DNA from: an uncultured virus (IMG/VR IMGVR_UViG_3300032038_000023)
Lineage: Duplodnaviria > Heunggongvirae > Uroviricota > Caudoviricetes
Virus record (IMG/VR): IMGVR_UViG_3300032038_000023
Length of the DNA: 64,000 nt
Direction: 5' to 3' (one strand)
Position numbers and translations under genes: made by a program. Position 1 is the first letter of the stretch, and every line of letters starts with the position of its first letter. Of the stretch, positions 55,452-64,000 are shown in pieces. Under the pieces are notes generated by a model. That model did not search any database. It was not told the origin of the DNA and was given only the letters and a program-made list of their open reading frames with translations.

Positions 55452-57242
55452 ATGTCACGATCTTATTACGAATGGATAGAAGCAAAACGTTAGTGGTGGA
55501 ACAAATAGGCAGGCGCCATCGCTTCAATCCCCTATCCATCCGAATCCATTACTTATCCCGTCGTCTACAAACGTGAATCCACAAACCCATACTGGGAACG
55601 TCGTCGCTCCGACGCCGCCGACCTCATTCCCGACTCCCTAAACTTCAACTTTTAGCTTGAAGATATTGAAAATTTTATACGCACGGCCGCAGATTTCGAA
55701 CGCGCAAAAGAAGATGACTTCCTCGCCAAATTCTACAAGGTATCAGGCACCGAATTCCAAAACGAAACCCGCACAGACAAATTCAACATCCTATTCCAAT
55801 CCCGTGATCTTTATAACGAATTTAATTCCAAAATCAAAAATATTTTAAATAATAAGTAGTTTCAAAAGAATAAAACGTACGGAAAGTCTTTGAAAACGAC
55901 TCATGAAAATTATACGGGTCTCGCGCCAAATCTTAGCGCGGTCTTTATAACCTACTTTATGGATGACTTCGAAAAAGTTACGCTTCCAAACGTCTACAAA
56001 CAGATTAAAGCTGAGACTCCAGTACCTGAAATCGAAGATATGGTGAACACCGCGATTGAATAGTCAGTTTATAATGCAAGCGAACGTATGGCCCAAATCG
56101 CCCAAGAAAACGATAACGGCCAAGGTTGGGGTAACCAATGGAAACCAATTTTTGATATGTTAGACCATAACGATAAAGCAACTAAAATGTTGAGTGAAAC
56201 AGTTAAAAACGCAATCGGCGCGAATTTATTTGAATCTCTTTAGATAGAGTTATAGAATTAGCGTTAGAATAAAACGCGTTTGAGTAAAGGAATGATAAAG
56301 GAAATTACGAAAAGTTCACTTGGAAACGTGCGCGGCCGCACCGCTTCGATTGGCGGTTCCGTATTAGAGCCAGTTATTGCTTTATTTGCTAACTACTTTA
56401 ATGGTCACGCGCCAAATGCAAATGGCGGCCTTGGGTATTAGATGGAAGCTATAAACTTCGGCGGCAATAAAATGGTTACTGACGTTATGATGCTGTTTTC
56501 GACGAATATGGAGTTGGATTTAGGAAGATTAGAGTTAGAATTATTTAATGCGATGTCTTCTGGTAGTTCGGATACGATCAGAGAAGTTTATAGGAAGATT
56601 GAAGAGTTTAATAGTAATTAGAAACTTTAGGGTGCGCTTGATGAGCTATATTAGGTTTATGTTAATGCGAAAAACTATTAGTTAGGTGCAGACGGAAGAA
56701 ATTATACGAAAGCTTATGAGGGGTAGTTAGAGGAATTACCAGAATTTTTGAGAGCGAATGGAGTTTCAATTGACTCTACTTGGAACTTTTTAAGATTTGC
56801 TTATAATACGGCGGCCGGTGCAATCAGAGAAGGCGAACGTTTTGCGCTCGAAGAACAAACTTGTAATGCGCTTAAGGCGGTTGCAGCGAATATAATGTTT
56901 GATGACTATACGGAAATTGGACATGGGAATACTCACTCTATTCATATGTATTATTTAAGTGGAAAATATATACCAGCTTCGGAAGTTTTAACTGCAATGG
57001 CTAATGCGGTCGCTGATGCGAAAAGTATGTCGAAGGCCACAGTTACGTTGCCTGGCCCGATAAAAGATTTGTATAAAGAAGACGCGCCTCCCGATTATGG
57101 ATATGGTGGTAATACCAATGCAGATATTAAATAGAATATTTATCGTCATTGGGAAGAAGAATCATAGGAAGCAAAACTAGCTTCTCATTGGAGTGTGAGT
57201 TTTACACTTCGTATTAAAGACTTACTCGGCGGCGTGATCTAA
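55452..57242 (+). CDS. Large hypothetical protein, 596 aa (code 15)
   Basis: GGAGG RBS; open to TAA 57242 with TAG read as Gln; includes ORFs 55657 and 56748. Confidence 0.7.
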
Positions 57243-57349
57243 AATTTGACATTCACTCCCATCTATGGTATACTATATATAGATGGGAGAAATTTATATG
57301 GAGAAACGTATGCGCCCTCCCGCATATCGTATACGTTTAACGTGTAACC

Positions 57350-58669
57350 TTGGCTTTTAATCGTTTAAAACTAGATTTTTCACTTGACTCTACGGAAGAA
57401 CGCTTAAACTTCGTTGAGTCTTATCTCCCTACAATTGATTTCGAACTAACACCCCATGAGTCCGAAACACTTTCGGACTATATTTTATGGGGCAAAAACT
57501 CCACTACTGGGCTGAACGCCCAACAAGAAGGTATCGTCAAACTCAAAGAATGGGCGCCCGCTCAAGTAGATTCTATTGAAGGTCTTATTGAAACTCCTGG
57601 CTTTCAAGAATCAAGACTTCAGCCACTTAACACGACCCATTACCACGTAAAACGTACAGTCTTTGACCGCAAAGAAGCACTTAAAAACGCGCCGCCGTAT
57701 TACCAAGATTTACTTTCTACTTTATTTAATGAAATAGATCATACGGAATTACTTATTAATTATTATGATTTACTTCATGGGAAACGAAAAACTCTTCCGC
57801 GCGCCTCGTTACTCGCGCGGTTTTCGTATGATGATTTGGAGAGTTTTAAGGAATAGGCGACGAAGTTAAATTAGAAGAAATATATATAGTTAAAACATTA
57901 TTTAGTTGAATTAAGAAACGAGCAATATACATATAAAGATTGTTTCTCTACTCCAGTTGCGCGGCACACCGAATCCCAGCAAGCTCAACTTGAACAAGAA
58001 ACGCCGCGCTTCGACTCAGATATAATGGTCTTTCCTTTCGGCCTCTTTAATAAGTCAGATCTCGCGCAAAAGATTTTTAAGTTCCCACCAGATCCTTCAA
58101 TCTTTAGTGAGTAGGATTTAGACTAGGTTAGTAAGTTAATTTGGAATAGAGAAAAGAAAGATAAGATTTTAGATTTTGAAAATGTGGATCATTTACTTGC
58201 GATTTATAAGAATTATTATATTCTTGAAGAGTAGAGTGAAAGAGATCCTAATGAATTTTATAGCGCGGCCGCGAGTATAGTTAGGACGCTTAAGTTTTAT
58301 GAATCCATGGCGGACTTGAGTGAGATTCAATAGGAAGTTCTTTAGATGAAGATTGATGAAAGGTCGAATTTAGTTATTTAGTTATATATAAATGGGAAGT
58401 ATGGAACTACGTATAATGAGAACTATATTTCTACGATTTATAGAAAAAAAATACTCCCCGCTATTGCGGGCGCGGCGACCCAACACAAACACATCATGGA
58501 GAATATATTCTATCCAGAGAATTTCAAAGTATGTAAAGACTGCGGCCGATTATTATTGATCTCTACTGACTTCTTTATGAAAGAAAAGAAAAACGTGACC
58601 GGATTCGCGCCACGGTGTAAGAGATGTTAGAAGTTAAAGAGATAGGAGAAGAAGAATGAAGAATACTGA
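57350..58669 (+). CDS. Hypothetical DNA-binding protein with HTH-like region and C-terminal Zn finger (code 15)
   Basis: Extends ORF 57350..57856; CKDC...CKRC. Confidence 0.65.
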
Positions 58670-58931
58670 AAAATTAATGCATCTGATCGCAGATATGCGG
58701 CCAGTTGAGTTTCTAGGACTTGCGAATTTACTCGGCGCGCCGGTTATGGAAGAAGTTAATCCAGACGCTACAGATCCTAAAGAACGTTATAAACCTAAAT
58801 CCTTTACAGACGTCTTCGAAGATGTTCTGCGGCGGTTCGATAAACTTAATCGCTCTAAGAAACGTGAAATTTTAAGATTAGTAGAGAAATCTAATAAAAC
58901 AAAAGGTGATGTCGATGCCGGTGATTCCTAA
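58656..58931 (+). CDS. Hypothetical protein
   Basis: AGGAG RBS. Confidence 0.65.
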   Translation: MKNTEKLMHLIADMRPVEFLGLANLLGAPVMEEVNPDATDPKERYKPKSFTDVFEDVLRRFDKLNRSKKREILRLVEKSNKTKGDVDAGDS

Positions 58932-59919
58932 AATTCCGCGGCCCGATGATTCATCCAAGACTAAGAAATGTGAGAAGTGCGGCCGGGTCAAACCGATGAC
59001 GCAATTCTCACAAACTCATAGTATTTTTTATGCGGACGGCCGCCTTCCGATTTGCAACGAATGCATAGCCGAATACATAAACGCTGGGGATGGTAATTGG
59101 GAACGCGTCAACAAAGTTTGTCAATGGGCTGATATTCCCTTTATTGTGCGCGAGTGGGATCGAGTCAGTGGAATAACTATCCCCACAGAAACTTGGGGTA
59201 CTTATGCTAAGATTTTCTCTACACAAGATTATGAGACTCTTGGATGGGGTGACTACTACAGATAGTATAAGCGCCTTAAAGAAGTTGGACTTATAGAAGA
59301 AGAAATACCCGAAGTCCGCGAAAAACGTTATAACGATTTGCGACGTAAATGGGGTGAGAACTATGATGATGACGAGTTAAATCACCTTGAAGACCTTTAC
59401 CGCGGCCTCATGAACACGCAGAACATAAACGGCGCGCTTCAAATAGATCAAGCGCAAAAGCTTTGTAAGCTTTCTTTAGAGATTGATAATAGGATTCGCG
59501 CCGGAGATAAAGAAGTCGATAAATTTATGTCGTCATACGACAAAATCATCAAAAGTGCGGAGTTTACACCTAAAAACGCGAAAAATGCAACAGATTTCGA
59601 CAGTTTTGCGGAAGTGGCATACTGGCTCGAAAAGCACGGCAAGATCAACAAATTCTACGATGATGTTACGCGCGATGTTATAGATGAAGCAATAAAGAAT
59701 ATTGAAAATTATAACCAACGTCTTTACGTTAATGAAGGTGGTATCGGTGAAGAAATCTCCCAACGTTTGCGGCTTCTCAATAGTGCAAACCAACTGGAGC
59801 AAAATAGTGGAGTTTATGATATACAACCCGACTTTGATCCAGATGAATATGATAACGAAGGTTATGTGCTTGATGGCGAAGACGAAGAATTTGAACCAAT
59901 CGGTGGTGAGACTGTGTAA
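58915..59919 (+). CDS. Putative terminase small subunit, Zn-finger N-terminus (code 15)
   Basis: ORFs 58906 and 59338 joined by one TAG; directly upstream of TerL. Confidence 0.6.
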
Positions 59920-62526
59920 TGGCCGCAATACAACTTATAAATCCTGAAAGTTTATAGTTTAATACTCAAGATAGAATTTATCATGATGGGATTGAGTTAG
60001 AAAAGGGTGTGGTAATCACGCCTTATTTCTTAGAGAAGAATTAGGATTTCTTATTGGAGTGCTTTGAAATCTTTACGGTTTATCCGGATGTATTTTTGGA
60101 CTTGATAACTCCAGTTGATTCTAACTTTACTTTATTTCCTTATCAAAGGATATTCTTACGAGCGTGCATGAGGTATACGTCACTATATATTACCGCGGCC
60201 CGTGCAACTTCGAAGACTTTTCTCTCTATTTTAGCTAAGTATTTATAGTGTGTGTTTCTTCCGAACCACGTTGGGTCTATTGTTGCTCCGAATAAGTCCC
60301 AGGCCGCGAAAATTACCCGCCAGAAAATCCAAGAGATTTGGAGAATTTGGCCTTTACTTAAAAATGAGCTGGAACCTGGCATGACCGAAGGAGTACACGC
60401 CAATTTTGGTAAGGATTATGTTGAATTGTTCTTTAAGAACGGCGCGCGACTTGTGGTCGTTGGTGCACTTGATTCTGATCGTGGTATTCGTACTCATGCG
60501 ACCTTAATTGATGAGGTCCGTGACCAAGACGGCGACGCGATAGCGGAGATCGTCTTGCCGCAGATGAACGTTTCGCGGCGTATGGTTAATGGACTTGTGA
60601 ATACAAGAGAGAAGATTAATACGTAGGTTATATATGCAACAAGTGCAGGAACGAAGGCCTCCTTCGCTTAATCAATATAGATTCATAGGCGAAGTAAAAC
60701 CTGGTGAACCCAAAAATGGGGTGTGGTAGTTTTAACTACTGCTAATAGTGAAGCTTAATTGTAACGCTATGCCAAGCCACTTTATGTGGAAGGTTCAGAG
60801 ACTATCGAAAACACTATTTTAAATAGGAAGTGAGTAGAGTAGGTATGAGTGAGACTCTCATATCGAAGCGCCAGGATTCAATTTATTAGAGTGACATATT
60901 AATATTTTCTACTTAATAGCGTAAGGCAAATTAGTAGAATTGGAGGTTAGTATGGAACTCTGGAAAGATATAAATAATGCAAGTAATTATGAAGTATCTA
61001 ATTATGGTTAGGTACGTAATAAGACTACTAAATATATATTAAAATAGCGCGTATGTAAAACTGGTTATTATCAAGTAAGTATTAAGTTAGATGATACTGG
61101 TAAATTTCAAAATTAGTATATACATAGATTAGTTGCAATGGCTTGGCTTCCAAATGAAGATAATAAGCCTAGTGTGAATCACAAAGATGGTGATAAAACT
61201 AATAATCATGTAGATAATTTGGAATGGATGACATATGCAGAATAGCAGGCACATCGTACTGAAGTGCTGGGGAAAAAGAACATTGGTTCTCCAAAAAAGG
61301 TCGGACAATATAGTAAAGATGGTGAATTAATACAAATATTTAAGTCGGTTGAAGAGGCCGCGGCATTTTTTGGTAAAGCACGAACTAATATAGATAATGC
61401 TATTCATCATAAGAAAAATTAGTAGACAGCATATGGTTATATTTGGAAATATATTGAATAAGAAATAGTCCAAGAAGAGTATGAAGCTTTGATTGATACG
61501 TTTGAGAAAGCAATAATTGATCCAAAGAATGCTTTTGCGATTGGTTTAGACTATCGAATCCCAGCAATGCATGGTCTAATCGACCCAACTTATGTTCGTA
61601 ACTTAAAACTTTCTCCGTCTTATAATGAAACTACATTCGCGGCCGAGTATATGGGTACATGGCTCGGCGGCAGTGATGAATCTTGGTTTAATTATGAAAA
61701 ACTAACAAAATATAGAAAAATTAAAAATCCAGAATGGACGCAAAAATATAGAGCCGAACAAAACATATTCTACTTAATATCAGTAGACGTAGGTAGATTA
61801 CACGACTAGACAGTTGCTTGTATATGGCGTGTGAATGTTCGTGATAATAAATACTATGCGACGCTTGTAAATTTATTTGTCCTTGGCCGCTAGGCTGAAT
61901 CGAAAACATTTACGTAGTAGGCGGCTGACCTAAAGAAGCTTATAGAGATTTATCGACCACGTGAAGTGGTGATAGATTGCAATGGCTTAGGTGTTGGCTT
62001 AGCAGACGAAATGATAAAAACCTAGTTAGACGAGAACGGTAACGAACTGGAAGCTTATGGTTTCTTTAATAATGATGATTATAAAAAGATCCAGCCTAAA
62101 GACGCACCGCAAATTCTCTACTCTTTAAAGGCTAATGGCCCCTTAAATTCAAAAATCCATGGTAATGCCTATGCTCGTATTAATAGTGGTATGGTTCGTT
62201 TTTTGATTAGTGAGCAAGAAGCTCGCACTGATCTTCTGGCAACGAAGGTAGGCCAAAAGATGTCAACAGAAGAGCGCATAAAACGTCTAATGCCACATGA
62301 ACTTACCACAAAACTATTCGAAGAAATGTCTAATTTGCGTCTCCGTAAAACGGGACTTGATATAGTCTTAGAGCAAATTAATCCGCGCTTTCCAAAAGAT
62401 AAATATTCAGCATTTGCTTATGGTTTGTGGCGAATTAAAGAACTCGAAGAAGAAAACTATAAGAAAGTCGTTCGTAGAAATGGCGGCAAGGCGCGTTAGT
62501 TAATTTTCTTTACTGGAGGACAATAA
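59919..62526 (+). CDS. terL: Terminase large subunit, exons 59919-60668 and 61480-62526 (code 15)
   Basis: FPYQ, ARATSKT, LIDE, ATSA, SVDVG, IDCNGLG, KDKYSA motifs. Confidence 0.88.
60669..61479 (+). mobile_element. Group I intron in terL
   Basis: P1 CTTCGCT/GGCGAAG with U-G at the splice site; P10 TTCATA/TATGAA; P7 GACTA/TAGTC; ends in G; removal restores SFA|YEAL. Confidence 0.9.
60952..61461 (+). CDS. Intron-encoded NUMOD4-HNH-NUMOD1 homing endonuclease (code 15)
   Basis: YEVSNYG[TAG][18 protein letters not shown]...NLEW, TAYGYIW. Confidence 0.9.
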
Positions 62527-62530
62527 ATAA

Positions 62531-64000
62531 ATGGGAGAAGCTGTTGATTTAACTACTTTTAAGAAAGCCTTTGAAGGTATGATAGTTAAAAGCGAAAGCT
62601 CTTGGAATGAATCTTTAGGTACTATTACTTTTAAGCGTAAGCTGAAAGATTTTAGTAAAGAAGAAGTAGAAAAAATCATTAATAGTGGTTCTGTAGAAGC
62701 ACACCAATAGCTCTCTCGCAATTACTTTTATAAAGATAGTTTTTATAAGCGTATTTTAATTTACTATGCTACACTTTTGAAGTATATAGGTATATTGATC
62801 CCCAATCCAAGTGCGGGCAATAAACTCTCCACCCCCTATGTATAGAAAAAGTATGAATAGGCGCTGGACTATCTTGATAAAATGAATATTCCAGAGTTAT
62901 TGACTAGGTTTTCTTTACGTGCTCTCATTGATGGTTGTCATTATGGTGTACTCCAGAATGTTAATAAGACAGAATTTGCTGTTTTAGATTTGCCTGCTGA
63001 ATATTGTCGTTCCAATTATCGTGATTTTCATGGTAATGATGTGATAGAGTTTAATGTGCTTTATTTTAATACAATTCTTGATGAAGATGTACGAAAGTAG
63101 GTACTGAAAATCTATCCAAAAGTAATTGCAGATCATTATCGTAGATATAAGAAAGGTCAAGTAAAGTCATATTGGGTAAAGATTCCAACTGATATTGGTT
63201 TTTGTTTTTCCTTTACTGACGATGCGCGGCCTTTGTTCTTGGATTTAATTCCAGCTACGATTGATTATGATGAAGCAGTTGAAATTAATAAAGAACGCGA
63301 TTTAGAAGAGATCCGAAAAATTATAGTTCAGAAGATTCCTCATTTGACTGATGGCGCGCTTCTGTTTGAACCAAACGAAGCTGAAGTGATGCATGATGGC
63401 GCTGTCAATATGATGAAAGGGAACAAAAATATAAGTGTTTTAACTACATATGCTGATGTTGACTCTGTAGTGTCAAATACGGCTTCAGAAGCTTCTACAA
63501 ATGCGCTTGAGAAAAGTTTATAGAATGTGTATGCAAAGGGCGGCGTGAGTGGACAACTGTTTGCGCCGACTGGTAGCCAAGCACTTATGACGTCTATTAG
63601 AAATGATATTTCCTTGATGATGATTCTTGGGAATAAGTATTCGAGACTTTTTACTTTTATTATTAATAGTCTTTATGCAAATTCGAATGTGAATTTTAAG
63701 TATTAGTTAATGCCGATTTCGTATTATGATACGAGCGACTATATTACTGATTCCTTTAAGCTTGCATAGAGTGGTTATAGTTTCTTATTACCGAGTCTTG
63801 CGCTTGGTATTACTCAAAAAGATCTTATTAACCTTAAGAGTCTTGAGAATGATACATTAAAGATGTTAGAAGATGTACTTCTTCCATTATCTTCTGCCTA
63901 TACCTAGGGTTCGGGTACTGGTAAGGTTGGACGTCCGGAGTTAAGTCCGGAACAAAAGTCTATAAAGACAATCCAAAATGAACAATCATTAGACAATGGA
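62531..64000 (+). CDS. Probable portal protein (partial, code 15)
   Basis: Follows terL; ORFs 62882 and 63233 join through TAGs; open to the window end. Confidence 0.65.

Noticed and set aside
55452..64000. Apparent pseudogene fragmentation of terminase and portal genes
   Set aside because: The breaks are in-frame TAG codons plus one intron; the genes are intact under code 15.

Overview
This window comes from a large, AT-rich tailed phage, probably infecting Bacillota/Clostridia of the gut or rumen. It uses genetic code 15 (TAG = Gln), so the supplied ORF track breaks many genes into fragments. Recoding is supported by in-frame TAG at motif-conserved Gln positions and by a Gln-type CUA suppressor tRNA (41635-41709). 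From left to right it contains: tail/receptor genes and a complete diversity-generating retroelement (1-6010); DNA-metabolism, homing-endonuclease and lysis genes (6.5-18 kb); small sigma70-driven genes with an RNA-repair set; two large structured ncRNA candidates (GOLLD-sized and ROOL-sized); and a tRNA cluster interleaved with a repeated 'ACAGCAA-bulge' stem RNA family. Several copies of that family carry tRNA arms, and five of the six lie just upstream of a DUF2828 (TROVE/Ro60-like) gene. An inverted 43-55 kb island holds about 20 minimal cassettes, nearly all with the palindrome TTTAGACGT-NAN-ACGTCTAAA at a fixed phase from the -35 box, and is flanked by repeat-rich non-coding blocks. The window ends with terminase (group I intron carrying an HNH endonuclease) and the start of a probable portal gene. 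All family calls come from motif recognition by eye; no searches were run.
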